DNA of 64,000 nt from Scyliorhinus canicula (GCF_902713615.1 NC_052164.1:26896114-26960113), one strand, 5' to 3'. Counted from the first letter of the stretch, positions 47,273 to 60,869 are shown. Notes: generated from the letters alone by a model not told the origin. Numbers and translations are program-made.

Positions 47273-49790
47273 TTGTCAAAGATGATTCTTGACAGGAGCG
47301 AGAGTAACAGGGTAGTTGTTATGGGGGACTTTAACTTTCCAAATATTGACTGGAAATACTATAGTTCGAGTACTATAGATGGGTCAGTTTTTGTGCAGTG
47401 TGTGCAGGAGGGTTTTCTGACACAGTATGTAGACAGGCCAACAAGGGGCGAGGCCACATTGGATTTGGTACTGGGTAATGAACCCGGCCAGGTGTTAGAT
47501 TTAGATGTAGGTGAGCACTTTGGTGATAGTGATCACAACTCGGTTATGTTTACTTTAGCAATGGGCAGGGATAGGTATATACCGCAAGGCAAGAATTATA
47601 GCTGGGGGAAAGGCAATTATGATGCTATTCGGCAAGATTTAGGATGTATAGGATGGGGAAGGAAACTGCAGGGGATGGGTACAATCAAAATGTGGAGCTT
47701 TTTCAAGGAACAGCTACTGCGTGTCCTTGATAAGTATGTACCTGTCAGGCAGGGAGGAAGTTGTCGAGCAAGGGAACCGTGGTTTACTAAGGAAGTTGAA
47801 GCACTTGTCAAGAGGAAGAAGAAGGCTTATGTTAGGATGAGACATGAAGGCTCAGTTAGGGCACTTGAGCGTTACAAGTTAGCCAGGAAGGACCTAAAGG
47901 GAGAGTTAAGAAGAGCGAGGAGAGGACACGAAAAGTCGTTGGCGGATAGGATCAAGGAAAACCCTAAGGCTTTCTATAGGTATATCAGGAACAAAAGAAT
48001 GACTAGAGTAAGATTAGGGCCAATCAAGGATAGTAGTGGAAAGTTGTGTGTGGAATCAGAGGAGATAGGGGAAGCATTAAATGGATATTTTTCGTCAGTG
48101 TTTACACTGGAGAAAGACATTGTTGTCGAGGAGAACACTCAGGTTCAGTCGACCAGGCTAGATGGAATTGAGGTTCAAAAGGAGGAGGTGTTAGCAATTT
48201 TAGAAAATGTCAAAATAGATAAGTCCCCTGGGCCAGATGGGATTTATCCTAGGATTCTCTGGGAAGCCAGGGAGGAGATTGCAGAGCCTTTGTCCTTGAT
48301 CTTTATGTCGTCTTTGTCGACAGGAATAGTGCCGGAAGACTGGAGGATAGCAAATGTTGTCCCCTTGTTCAAGAAGGGGAGTAGAGACAACCCTGGTAAT
48401 TATAGACCTGTGAGCCTTACTTTGGTTGTGGGTAAAATGTTGGAAAAGGTTATAAGAGATAGGGTTTATAATCATCTTGAAAAGAACAAGTTGATTAGCG
48501 ATACTCAACACGGTTTTGTGAAGGGTAGGTCATGTCTCACAAACCTTATTGAGTTTTTTGAGAAGGTGACCAAACAGGTGGATCAGGGTAAAGCTGTTGA
48601 TGTGGTGTAAATGGATTTCAGTAAGGCGTTTGATAAGGTTCCCCATGGTAGGCTATTGCGGAAAATAAGGAAGTATGGAATTGAAGGTGATTTAGCGGTT
48701 TGGATCAGTAATTGGCTAGCTGAAAGAAGACAGAGGGTGATGGTTGATGGCAAATGTTCATCCTGGAGTTCAGTTACTAGTGGTGTACCGCAAGGATCTG
48801 TTTTGGGGCCACTGCTGTTTGTCATTTTTATAAATGACCTGGAAGACGGTGTAGAAGGATGGGTTAGTAAATTTGCAGATGACACGAAGGTCGGTGGAGT
48901 TGTGGATAGTGCTGAAGGATGTTATAGGATACAGAGGGACATAGATAAGCTGCAGAGCTGGGCTGAGAGGTGGCAGATGGAGTTTAATGCGGAAAAGTGT
49001 GAGGTGGTTCACTTTGGAAGGAGTAACAGGAATGCAGAGTACTGGGCTAATGGCAAGATTCTTGGTAGTGTAGATGAACAGAGAGATCTCGGCATCCAGG
49101 TACATAAATCCCTAAAGTTGCCACCCAGGTTAATAGGGCTGTTAAGAAGGCATATGGTGTGCTAGCCTTTATAAGCAGGGGGATTGAGTTTCGGAACCAC
49201 AAGGTCATGCTGCAGCTGTACATAACTCTGGTGCGGCCACACCTGGAGTACTGCGTGCAGTTCTGGTCACCACATTATAGGAAGGATGCGGAAGCTTTGG
49301 AAAGGGTTCAGAGGAGATTTACTAGGATGTTGCCTGGTATGGAGGGAAGGCCTTACGAGGAAAGGCTCAGGGAATTGAGGTTGTTATCGTTAGAGAGGAG
49401 AAGGCTGAGAGGTGACTTAATAGACATATAAGATAGTCAGAGGGTTAGATAGGGTGGACAGTGAGAGTCTTTTTCCTCGGATGGTGATGACCAACACAAG
49501 GGGACATAGCTTTAAATTGAGGGGTGATAGATATAGGACAGATGTCAGAGGCAGTTTCTTTACTCAGAGAGTAGTAGGGGTGTGGAACGCCCTGCCTGCA
49601 ATAGTAGTAGACTCGCCAACTTTAAGGGCATTTAAGTGGTCACTGGATAGACATATGGATGAAAATGGAATAGTGTAGGTCAGATAGGCTTCAGATGGTT
49701 TCACAGGTCGGCGCAACATCGAGGGCCGAAGGGCCCGTACTGCGCTGTAGTGTTCTATGTTCTAGTGTTCTATGTTCTATGTTTATTCAT
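47273..49790 (+). mobile_element. 5'-truncated CR1/HER1 LINE, near-intact ORF2 (endonuclease C-part and RT)
   Basis: MGDFNFPNIDW, SDH, KSPGPDGI, NYRPVSLT, DFSKAFDKVPH, GVPQGSVLGP, FADD; TAA in place of Tyr at 48608-48610 and frameshifts near 49120 and 49425; (TGTTCTA)n tail. Confidence 0.96.
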
Positions 49791-51342
49791 ACATTCAAAC
49801 CTGGGGAATGGTCATTTGCAGCTGCATGCTTACACATATGTACACAAGACAAATAGGAAAGAAAAGAGTTTTACATCTAGGAATAACTTAACTCAAGAAA
49901 GAAATATGGATGTTAATTCATGTGAATGGGTGAGGGTTCCTTCATTTAGGAATTAAAGTTCAGGCGGGTTAGCAGGAGTTGCACAATTCCATTAAAGTTG
50001 GTGATGACGCTGCAAGATGCAACTGGTATACGAATACTGTTATATAGGCGATAGCAGGAATCTTCCAGAGAACCAGGTTTCTAGGAGGTTTAAATTTGAG
50101 GCAGGTTTTGATGTCAGCCTGGATCTGGGTTTTGGGGTTGATAGGCTTGATGTTTAACAGCAGACTGACTTGGGAGTCCAGGAATGTAACATTAAACTTT
50201 CAAAAGGCCAAAGAAGTTTAGGTCACGTGATGTTGCCCATTGATGAATCAGTTTTGGGATAACAATCAGTTTTGATGTCTCTGGTCAAAATCCATTTTTC
50301 ACCTTGGGAGATAGATGATGGCTATTAGCGTCTCTGCAGGTATAACGGGTTTGATGGCTCTCTTTTTTTAAGTCCATGCTGGGGTGAAGAAAATAGTTCA
50401 TAAGCATTCGGTTTGCTCCTGTTCTTCAAATGTTCTGCGCTCCTTTCCATTTTTTGTTCATGTATGCTTTGATAGATGTCAGGGCGTTGCTGGCCATTCT
50501 CCACGCGTGAGCCCATGCTTTGCTGGACGCTACTTAGCCATAAAAGGCAGCACAGCCAAGTTCAGTCCTGACTTTAATTGACATCTGTAAGTATCAGGCC
50601 AGCAGGAGTCACAAGTCACTGTTACGAGAAGGAATCTCGGCTGATATTTTTCATTAGCTCGTGGGAATTGAGGTTAATTACTGCACACCGAACTCCAGCT
50701 CAGATCAACTAATTCCACTGGAATCAAATTGGGAAAATATTCTGGTTTAAACACCATCATGAACTTATCCACCAAGCTGTTGAGTCAGCTTTCTTACTCT
50801 CAATCACTGGCCACTAATGACAGAGAGTGAAATATATATTGCTCTTTTGTTGAGTTTCTCATTGTCACTTTTAGGAGCAGCTGTGCTATCCCTCCATGCA
50901 GGCCACTCCTTGGAAGAGCAGAACCAAAACCAGACAGCAGGTGGGGGTGAATTCTCTGCCTCCCCAGCCATATGTTCCTTGGCGGCATGCTATCGCTGGC
51001 AGCGGGATTCCCATTGTGCCCCCCCCCCCACCCCACACCGCAGGGAATTTTGGGAATCACAACCACAGATCCATGTCCTATTATCCAGTATGAAATGTTC
51101 CTACATCTGTTCCCACTGCACAGTCTGGTACACTTTCATTTTGCTCAAAGGGGCATGATCTTCAAGCAAAAGGAGTCTGCAAAACGTCCCTTAATGGTAT
51201 ACAAGTGCAGAAAGCAATGATAAAAAAAATGAGTTGAAAAAGGTCAGTGTGGCAATCCTGCATGGCAATATTCTGGGAAAAGTGATTTGTGCTTTTAATA
51301 TTCTTTAATTACGTGGAAGCACGGCCCCTACGAGAATTGTGA

Positions 51343-51367
51343 ATGGGATCAACAGTGGACAAGACAG
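51343..51367 (+). CDS. Candidate short first coding exon (MGSTVDKT, phase 1)
   Basis: ATGG start in unique sequence and a strong donor CAG|GTAAGA; weak Kozak. Confidence 0.2.
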
Positions 51368-51537
51368 GTAAGAGTTATTAAGGTTGACAGAGCAAAGGAG
51401 GAGAATTGGCAGCTGACATTAGCAACTAAGCCAGGAAGGGCTTTGCGGCTTCAGCTTGAACAGTGTGTGTTCTTTGTCTTTGCATTGAGGGGCTTTATCA
51501 CACCCTCAAACTGGACGTCTTGATTTTAGCATTGAAA

Positions 51538-51670
51538 CATAGAAAATAGTTGCAGGAGGACATTCGGCCTTTGAGCATGCTCCACCATTCATTATGATCA
51601 TGGCTGATCATCCAACTCAATTGCCTGATACCGCCTTCCCCTCGCATCCTCTGAACCCTTCGCCCCAACG
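51538..51670 (-). mobile_element. CR1 3' tail fragment
   Basis: CATAGAAAATAG...CATTCGGCC...GATCATGGCTGATC as at 5880-5960. Confidence 0.7.
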
Positions 51671-51857
51671 CTCGGTTGATGCGAAAATTCTGGGTTTTTT
51701 CCTGCAGATAAATTCAGAGAATAAAATTAAGAAGGGCATGAAACTTAGTATTTGTGACCACTTAATCTTTTTTTTAAATTGGCGCGTTCAATCAGTAATA
51801 AAACCCTTCCTGCCACCCAATGTGACAAATTACAGTTGAAGAATAAATATGGTCGAG

Positions 51858-52066
51858 GGCAGCATGTGGCGCATGTGGGACTGTGACGCTGAGGACCCGG
51901 GTTCGAATCCCGGCCCTGGGTCACTGTCCGTGTGGAGTTTGCACATTCTCCCCATGTCTGCGTGGGTTTCACCCCCCACAACCCAAAGATGTGCAGGTTA
52001 GGTGGATTGGCCACACTAAATTGCCCCTTAATTGAAAAAGATAATTGGCTACTCGAAATTAAAAAA
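51858..52066 (+). mobile_element. Short V-SINE
   Basis: 19-bp TSD AAGAATAAATATGGTCGAG at 51839-51857/52067-52085. Confidence 0.92.
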
Positions 52067-52422
52067 AAGAATAAATATGGTCGAGCAAGATAAGTTGATG
52101 ATCTGAAAAGGGCTTGAAGGGGTTAAACTGATTTTGCCTGAATTCAGGAGCAGCGAAGCCATCCAATTACAATTATGATCTGTGTGAACAAGCTGTCATT
52201 CTGGGAAGCTAGGCATCAAACACATTGCAGTGAGTCTGTCAACCTCCCAGAAGTGGCTGCTTCCTTTCAAATGTGGCTCTGTGAACATTATGTGCAGTGT
52301 GGCATAGGCTGGAAGCTCCTTTCATAATCTGCTCCTGATAATATTGTGAATTTCCTTTTAAAACAAGCTCCTGCAATCCTGCCTGCTATAGGCCAGTGTG
52401 CTGCATCATCTTTCCTGTTCAG

Positions 52423-52799
52423 TGATAAAATAATGTATCGCCGAAGACCAAGTGACTCTTAGTGGCACCCGAGGGACCACTGCATCCATAATGTGATAGT
52501 CGGCTAGCAGTACTGTTTGTTAATGACTTACCACAGCAAAAGAGCAGGTTCTTCCGGGTACTTGCAGACCTCCTCCCATCTGGACCCTGGACCCATCCCA
52601 TTCTGGATGTATTGAAGCGCGGACCTCACTTCAAATCAGCAGTTCCCTTGCTGAGGTGCCCCTGCCCGAATGAATCACAGGCGTCCTTTGAATACTGCTG
52701 ATGGAAGGAATCTTGCCGGAGGGGAATCATTAAGAGCCCTGCTAACAGCGTACAGTTGTTGGGAGATGCTGTGACTAACATGCCGTGATTCTGCCACAG
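52423..52799 (+). other. Candidate 5'UTR exon of a host gene (5' boundary uncertain)
   Basis: Non-repetitive, relatively CpG-retaining; ends at consensus donor CAG|GTAAGT; possible acceptor TTTCCTGTTCAG. Confidence 0.5.
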
Positions 52800-52997
52800 G
52801 TAAGTTGTGATGAATTATTATGGGTTTTATTTTTGTTCTCCCCCACCCTGTAACAGCTCACAGCTTGCCTGCCAGCCTCTTGACGCTCCGCTGGAGTAGA
52901 GTTGTACTGATTATTTTAGTTGGCCCTGTGTGTTAGGCCAGAAATAAAGCCCCTTATCTGATGGCCTGCTTTTCTTATCCACAGTCCCAGCTGCAAC

Positions 52998-53037
52998 ATG
53001 TCTACCACAAAAGCAAGTGATACGGATGAGGTTTTTG
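52998..53037 (+). CDS. Candidate first coding segment MSTTKASDTDEVF (exon 52985-53037, phase 1), gene unidentified
   Basis: Acceptor TTTTCTTATCCACAG, Kozak AACATG, donor TTG|GTGAGT, 185-nt intron to the upstream donor. Confidence 0.55.
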
Positions 53038-55039
53038 GTGAGTAGATGCTGGGATATTTTTCAACGGAGTCTTTTAACCATTTCTAGAAACCTCAGCAGA
53101 ACTATTTCTTGCTAAAAGGCTTGCTTCTGCCCTGGCATCCTGACTTATCTGATGACAATTTGCGCTTATCCACTCAATAATTAAATATTTTTAAGCAGAA
53201 GGCAGAGAAATTAATGCAGATCAAACAATTCAGGTCCGCATTAAGACAAAGATATATGGAAGTATGAATGAGCTATTGATTTGGCATCTAAAAGCACAGA
53301 GAATAAACTGTGAACCTTTACCTGAAGGAGCAAAACAGGATAATGAGCAGTTGTTTATGAGAAGCATATATGTTTGCATTATGTGCTCAGAGACAATGGT
53401 TGATCTTGTAACTGCTTCATTTTAAACAGATGATGCGGATGAATTGTTGATGGATATGAAAAGGAACTTTATTGAGATTGGAGTGTATGCTTCAGCCTCA
53501 TTTGGGAGTGCTCTGGCTGCACGAATGAAACAATGGATTGTTTAACATACAATAGCTGATGTTCGGATATGATTGTTAGCTTCACAGTCACAAGGGTTTC
53601 TTAAATCATTGATAAGCTGGATGTCACCCACTGATGGCCACTAATTGGGGTAGCAGGCACTTTTGGCTGGCGCACAGAAAACAAGAAAGTAGGTGGAAGG
53701 AATCAGATAATATCACACGTCAGAAGAATAATGAATTCGAATTTAGCAATATTCATGGTTATTATGTTAGTTGCAGATCACTTCCCTGTTTTTGCTGATG
53801 GGGCTCTGGTGTACTAAATATTGCCCATGTCAGTAACAGCCAGTGGCAATCATTTTAACGGCTGGAGCAAATTAACAAAACAACCTCCAAAATTACAGCA
53901 TTGGTTCTTCATAGAACAATTATCATCTCTCCATCTAGTCCGTGGCTCTTGTTTCTCAAACATTGCTTGTTAAATTCATGTAAGCAACTGGCCTATCCCT
54001 TTAAATTGATCCCGCAGCTGTATTGTTCTATGTTCTATGTTCAAGGATGTCCCTTTCAATAGATCCTGCATGGAAACGATTACATTCATTGAAGTGTGGT
54101 GGTGTGACTCAGACCAACAGAGTTTCTGTGTGGTTAGTAACACAAGGACACTCCCATCAAAGTGAGCCGAAATTGAATTTGGCTAATTCACAGACGATTA
54201 TGGATGGGTATCTGAAACCTTTTCCAACAAAGACTATCTTCTGTTTAGATAACGCTGCTTATTACCTTCCTGAGACTTATTCATGTACAGTAATTACTGT
54301 GCTGCCACTTCCTTGTGATTTTCATTGCATCCACCAATGGTAAATATCTTTATCATTTTGCATATTTACCTTTGGACTCACAATGATAGTTCGCAAAAAC
54401 GGTCACAGTGAAATCCATAGCACTATATTCAGATATAGAATGAGTGGAGGTCTTATTTTCTCAGCCATTGGAGCATAATGCAACTACTATTTTGATAGAA
54501 GCCGGTAGTATTAATACACCAACCTTGGCTCTTAAGATCTGGTTTTATCATAGATATTTAAAACAATGCAAATGTTCCTATCATTTGTGGACCTCTTTTC
54601 CTATCCACTGTTGGCACATTTTCCTTTTTCACAGTTTCTCTGCCAACAGGCACTCTATTATAATTCCATTGCCGTCACAAAAACGTTAATTGTATTTCCA
54701 CTAATTCACCTGTTGTATTATGATGCAGTTAATAAAATGAGACCTTTGAGTGCTGAAAGTTCACTGTGGCTTTCAAATTAAGTCCTCATTTTCGGCACAG
54801 AATAGCACAGAGCAGAATCAGGGACTGAAACCAAAGTTCACCCATGCACCTTCTCAACTTTGTCCAGCGGTTGGTGTGTGTCGCTTCTGGCGATTGAGAC
54901 TTAGAACTCAACAGTGCATTCCGAAGCAGCTGTAGATGGGGCAGAACTTCCATCCTAGGATCATTGGGGATTTGTCTATTGTGGGACGACAGCCCACATC
55001 CACAACAATACATTTGAGCCACCCATCTCAACTGTGCAG

Positions 55040-55111
55040 AAGGGATTTAGAAGCAGATTTTGGTTGCTACATGTATCCTTTTACAGTTTTTAAATGCTGT
55101 CCTCCACCACC

Positions 55112-55142
<31 letters not shown>

Positions 55143-56755
55143 ACTCACCCCAGCAATTCTGGATGCCCTGGGTCGCACAGGCATCCCTCTGGATCCAGTG
55201 CTGCTATGGCAGAAATTGAGGAAAATACCCATTCCCAAATCCACAGGAACTCTTGCCAGATGAAAGCTTGTGTCCTCCCTTAAGTAGGACATTCGAGCCG
55301 TGGTTAAGATACTGACTTAGCAATCCTGAGGTTCTGAGATTGAAGTCAATAAATTGCTGGATCAGCATCAGAAAGGTCACCATGGCCAAGGCTTTTAGGC
55401 CGAGTCAGGCGAAGAGTCAGCAGGGAATGCATTCCCGAAGATGCAGGCTGCCCTGCAGCCATTGAACATTTAACACTCCATGTTGTGTTAATTGAAGGTG
55501 GGATTTCTGTTCCTCAAGCAAGAGGACGCCCTGCCTCAGAGAGATATTGGCCAGTCAGGTGATCTGTAGTCCTATCAGCTCCAGGAGCAGTAGTAACCAC
55601 TGCTGCGAATGCAAGTAATGTCCAGGGTCCAAATCCCAGGGTCAAGGAAGGGGGGAGAGGGGGCCAAGTGAGTTCCTAGAGTAGCAAGGGGATGTGAGGC
55701 CGCAGGGGGTTGGGGAGTTGATGGAGAGTGCAAGGAAGGAGGGAACACCCGCAGGTGGGAGACCGTGTGGATGATAGACCTTGTGAGAGGACACCTGGGG
55801 CGCAATTCTCCCCCCCCCCCCCCCCACACACCGGGTGGGAGAATCACGGGGGCGCCGGGCGAGTCCCGCCACGCCGCCCCTGGCACACGCATGTGATTCT
55901 CCCACCCCTCCCCCCCCAAAACGGCGGTCCGATATTTACAGCAGACCGCTCGGAGAATCGCCGCTCGCCGTTTGTAACGGGCGAGCGGCGATTCTCCGGC
56001 CCGGATGGGCTGAGCGGCCTGCCCAATACGACATGTTCACGCCGGCGCCAACCTCACCTGGTCGCTGCCGGCGTGAACAGTGCGCGAATGCTGCGGGGGC
56101 GGATCGAGCACTGGGGGGGGGGGGGGGGGCGCTCAAAAGGGGTCTGGGCCGCGATCGGTGTCCACCGATCAGCGGGCTAGCCTCTCTGAGAGATGCACTC
56201 CTTTCCTCCGCCGCCCCGCAAGATCACTCTTCCATTTCTTGCAGGACGCCCGCGGGGAGGACGGCAACCGCGCATGCGCTGGCCGCGTAATTTACGTGGC
56301 GCCGCATGCCCGGCACACGTAAATTACACGGCGCCGCTCCTAGCCCCCCCGGGGGTGGGAGAATAGGGGCCGAGGAGCGGCCTCCGACGTCGGAGTGAAA
56401 CACCCCGGTTTTCACTCCGGCGTCGGCACTTAGTCTCCCGTTGTGAGAATCCCGCCCCTGATGTGGAAAGAAGGCTATTGATGGATGTGCCACCTGAGGC
56501 CTGAGCAAGATCTCTTTCTGGAATTTGTCCCTTCCCCTAAACTCCATGCGTCTGTCTCAAAATTGAGGCTGAGTGGGAAGCCGCCCTTAAGTGGTCACTG
56601 ATTGCCTCGGATTGGGGAAAGGTCGGGCAGGTCAGCCTCAATCTCGTCCATCCCACCGTAAAATTGCGGAAAGGTTGGGACGGCAGTGGGAAGGGGAATT
56701 TTACATGCCTTCCGTCCAACAAATCCCCTGGCAAGGGGACTGTAAAATTCTAACC
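55040..56755. mobile_element. Old Harbinger-like element hosting a younger MITE
   Basis: Ends GCAGATTTT / GTAAAATTCTAACCC; motifs shared with 31030-31770. Confidence 0.4.
55798..56457. mobile_element. PIF/Harbinger MITE
   Basis: TIR GGGCGCAATTCTC / GAGAATCCCGCCC, TSD CTG. Confidence 0.9.
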
Positions 56756-57249
56756 CATGCTGCCAGATAGTTATGAAAACTCAACTGATTGACTCATAAC
56801 CTTCAGTGAAGGATCCTGACCATCCCTTCCCAAGAATCCTGGTCTGTAATCCCATGCATACATTTTAATGGCCTCAGGGAACTAGGAATGACATTCTCCA
56901 AGGAGCCACTTTGATACCTCCTTCTGACCCCAATTGTTCCATCCTTCACCTACCTTGATTTACAGTGCTCTTGTAAACCATCATGTTTATTCCACCGATC
57001 AATACCCCTTGGGCTCTGTGTGATCAACAATCATCTCACCTCTCTGCATCTTCCTCCACAGTGTCAATTTGTTCACATAGTGTTACGAATTCAGAGATTA
57101 CAATTTTTCTGGTGCAGCATCTTTACTGAATTTCATGTAAGATGGCTGCCTGCAGGGAGTCCCATGTGACAGAGCTCACATGACTATGGCAAGCAAGATT
57201 GGGCACGCAGTAATGATTGGATTTCAAAATCCAAACACAAATCCCTTGC

Positions 57250-59100
57250 CATCAAATACTTTATTGTGGACTATTGAATAGACATCTTTGAACTTGGTTC
57301 ATATGTTCTGACACCTTTCCCTTTACTGAAGCTTTCTTGCCAAGCTGTGTTTTCCACTAGCTGCTCTACCCAGTGTCAAATTGACCCTTGTCATCAAATC
57401 ACACCTTGGAATCTCTTACTACTCCTCTAGTACCTTCTTCACTCACAGACAGCACGCCTCTATCCACCTGCTCCACCTCTCCTTCAAAATGTTCATTCTC
57501 AACTGCTCTGCACACTCTTTCCTGAGCTTCTCGCTGCAATACCTTCCCTCCTTTTCTTTCTCGGCCTTCACACTGTGGTAGCTAAATGTTAGAGCTTTCA
57601 GTTTTTATTTCACCTTACCTTGCCCTCTCCCCTTCCATTTCCATGTTTTATACTCCTTAACCCTTTTCCTCTACACAGACTTGATTGCCCATATTCATGT
57701 TCGCCTCCTCAACCTTGCCGTGTTATATTGCTTCCCTACTCCCATAGCCTTGATGAAAGGCAAGGCATTTCTAATCACTTACTTATCCCACACCATGCGC
57801 TGGATTCTCTGATTCTGCGGCTATGTCTGGAGGATGCGTCTGGTCTTATGATCAAAAAGTCAGCGCCGCCCCTGCACCGATGCCCCACCCGGTGGGGGGG
57901 TGGGGGTGGGGGGGGGGGGGGGGGTGGGGGGTGGGGGGGGGGTAGCAGCCGCGCCACATGAAACCCCTTACTTGCCGATTAGGATGCAGAATGGCCTGGT
58001 CCGTGGCCGTGCATGCGCACAGCAGCAACCGTGCCGTACAACATGGCGTACTGCATGCAGACCCGGCCTGCCAAATACTGCCCCCAATAACCCCCCTCGC
58101 CGCCCCCACACCACCCACCAGTCCCCCCAACCCTTGCTGAACATGCCCTGCCAGCGGAATGGCTCGCCTCCTCCCCCGACTGTGGCGGCTCTGGACACAG
58201 TCCGCAGCGGTCACGCCAGATTCACCAAAGTTGCCTCACGCCATCGGGAAGTTGGCCCATTAGGGGCGGAACATCAGGGGAGGGCCTCAGGTGACGTGAG
58301 GCCATCACAACGGTGTGTGGCGTATTCCTCGAGTATGCTGTTTTTGAGGGGGTGGAGCATCTGAAAAACGGCGCCGCCCCCAATTTCTGCGTAAAAAGGG
58401 ATTCTCCGGTTGATCGCCAAACGTGATTTCTCCGTTGGCAATCGGAGAATCCCATCCAGAATATCTCCTTTCATATCCTCTTTCATTCACCTCTGACAAA
58501 ACTTTTCCCTCAAGTCAGTCACAAGTGTACTTTTAAGTTGCCAACTGCCGATCATTTGACCTTCAATTTCCAATGATATTTCCGCACTTTCAATCTGCTG
58601 AAATATCTTCTCACTTCAGTTTTGATGCTTTTTTACAACAAAATCTTTACTCTCTCTTATCTTGGCTCTTTTCCATGGCCTGGGGGGAGTCTTTGCTCTC
58701 TCTAGTTCAACGGATGAAGACTTGTGCATATATAATGCAAAACTGATATAACCATCTATCATCTGGACTGGTTAAATCACATCAGGCATTCCAGGGCCTC
58801 ATTCTCTCTGCTCACTACTCCAGGAGCATCCACCAGAGTGAAGTTAACCCCAAAATCTGTTCTCCAAAATTAACCATTTCTTTAAACCTCTCTTCCCTGC
58901 CCCTACCACCTTAATGCGCAACAGTGAAAGGAGCTCATAACTTCTTGATTGCTAAGATTGTCACCGTCGCTTCGGTTTTCTTTGCTGCTTCCTTCTGCTC
59001 CTCCAGCTCAGATCCCTGTTTCTTTCCTATTTTCCCTCATGCACTCTCTGAACTCTTCTTGTTCTTGAGCTGTACTTCTGCACTGAGGTAGAACCAACCT
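57250..59100 (+). mobile_element. Highly decayed L2-like LINE
   Basis: CT-rich sequence with L2-like remnants (CACTACTCCAGGAGCATC, GAGCTCAT..CTTCTT...CTAAGATTG); no ORF. Confidence 0.45.
57797..58457. mobile_element. PIF/Harbinger MITE
   Basis: TIR GCGCTGGATTCTC / GAGAATCCCATCC; inverted relative of 41523-42181. Confidence 0.75.
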
Positions 59101-59189
59101 TCGGACTGTTTTCCAGGTATATGATGTGGATCAATTTAGGGGATTAACTCCCAATCTGCATGAAATTTGTCCAAATTGATATTGAGTTG

Positions 59190-59533
59190 GATTATTTATC
59201 AGGTATCCCCGATGGCCTACAAGATTTACAAGAATGGTTGCCAGGGCTAGAAAAGTGTAGCTACGAGGAGAGATTGGATAGGTTGGGGTTATTTCCCTTG
59301 GAACAAAGAAGGCTAAGGGGTTACTTGATTGAGATGGTGGAGGCAGAGACTCTAAACGCATTTAAAAAGTACCTGGATCTGCACTTCAAGTGCGATATGC
59401 TACAGAGCTATGGGCCGGGTGCAGGAAGGTGGGATTAGAAAGGGAACCTGGGTGTCCTTGGGCTGGCATGGACAAGATATGCCGAATGGCCTCCTTCTAT
59501 GCTGTAACTTTTCTGTGATCTTTGGTTCTATGG
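59190..59533 (+). mobile_element. CR1 3' fragment with internal deletion
   Basis: SYEERLDRLGLFPLEQRRLRG..VEAETLNAFKKYLD and CR1 tail. Confidence 0.85.
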
Positions 59534-59639
59534 TTGCCTGAGACTGGTGTTAGACTCTTTACATAGTCAGCTGAATAGACACATGCCTTTTTTAGGCCCA
59601 CTTGTTGACATTTAGCCTCAATTGCACCTGAAGAATAGT

Positions 59640-59830
59640 GACCGGAGTTCTCCGGTCATTGTGATTCACTTTTCCTGCTGGCAGTGCATGCCTGCCAGTG
59701 GGTTTTGCGGCGCTGTGGTGTGGTTACAATGGTTAATCCCATTGACAAGTGGTGGGATGATGGAATCCCAGCAGCAGCGAACGGTGCGCCGTCAAAAAAT
59801 GCGTGGCCAGGGTACCTGAGAATCTCGTCC
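59640..59830. mobile_element. Small Harbinger MITE
   Basis: GACCGGAGTTCTC / GAGAATCTCGTCC, TSD AGT. Confidence 0.7.
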
Positions 59831-60124
59831 AGTATGTTTTTTAGAAGTATACAACCGGTCTTGCGTCCAAGCTGAGCAGGAGTGCTCCCCTGACACTAGA
59901 GTACCGCTGATCGCTTCTACGTTGCAGCACCTCTTATTTCCCAGGATTTATTTTCAGGCTGCATCTGCCTGAGGCCTGATGCCCAATATCAAGCCTCAGG
60001 ATTCCAAGTGGCTGTGTCTGATGCACAGAACACTTCAGGCCTGAGAATGGGCCTAGGTATTTCCACCCAATGGGGGGTTATCCATTGAAAAACATTTCTT
60101 TCTTTGCTCCATTTGGGGGAAAAA

Positions 60125-60512
60125 AAGAAAGACTTGCATTTCAAAGCACTTTTCACAACCATCAGGCCTCTCAAAGTACCTTATAGCCAATGAAGTAATT
60201 TTGAAATGTAGCCCTCCTTGTTGTACTGGCAAAGCGGCAGTCAGTTTGCATACAGCAAATATCCATAAACAGCAATGTGATAATGGCCAGATAACTGTTT
60301 CTGAAGGTGTTGACTGAAGGATAAATATTGGCCAGGTCACTGGGGTTAACCTCCCCACTCTCTGTTAAATCTAGCAGGCAGGTGAGGCCAGCATCTCCTG
60401 TACTGCACTGGAGTGTCAGCCTTGATATTTGCGCTCAGCACTTGGACTGTGATGTGAACTTGTAAACTTACCATTCAGAGACAAGTGTGCTACCAACTGA
60501 GCCATGGCTGAC
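60125..60512 (-). mobile_element. Deu-domain SINE (SacSINE1-like)
   Basis: Minus-strand head TGGCTCAGTTGGTAGCACAC, GGCTGACACTCCAGTGCAGTAC, TGGCCAATATTTATCC, tail AAATGCAAGTCTTTCTTT. Confidence 0.8.
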
Positions 60513-60584
60513 ACCACGGTGTAATACCTCCGGTCCCGCCCACTGCGGGAATCGTCACAGACGGAATGGAAAATCTGGCTGTCC

Positions 60585-60780
60585 ATTTTTTTCTGATTTT
60601 TCCAATTTAGCGTGGCCAATCCACCTACTCTGCACATCTTTGGGTTGTGGGGGTGAGACACACACAGACACAGGGAGAATGGGCAAACTCCTCACGGACA
60701 GTGACCCAGGGCTGGGATCGAACCCGGGTCTTCAGTGTCGTGAGGCAGTAGTGCTGACCACTGCACCACCGTGCCGCCCC
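60585..60780 (-). mobile_element. Short V-SINE
   Basis: Head and core on the minus strand. Confidence 0.85.
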
Positions 60781-60869
60781 TTATGGTCCATGTCAAAGCA
60801 GCATTGAGCAAGGGTGGGAGTTTCCGGTCTTGGGGCAAGCGTGATCGGAAAAGACGGACCCATATTTGA

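Noticed and set aside
49950-50330. Possible LTR remnant (TATA, GTCACGTGA)
   Set aside because: No termini or TSD could be defined
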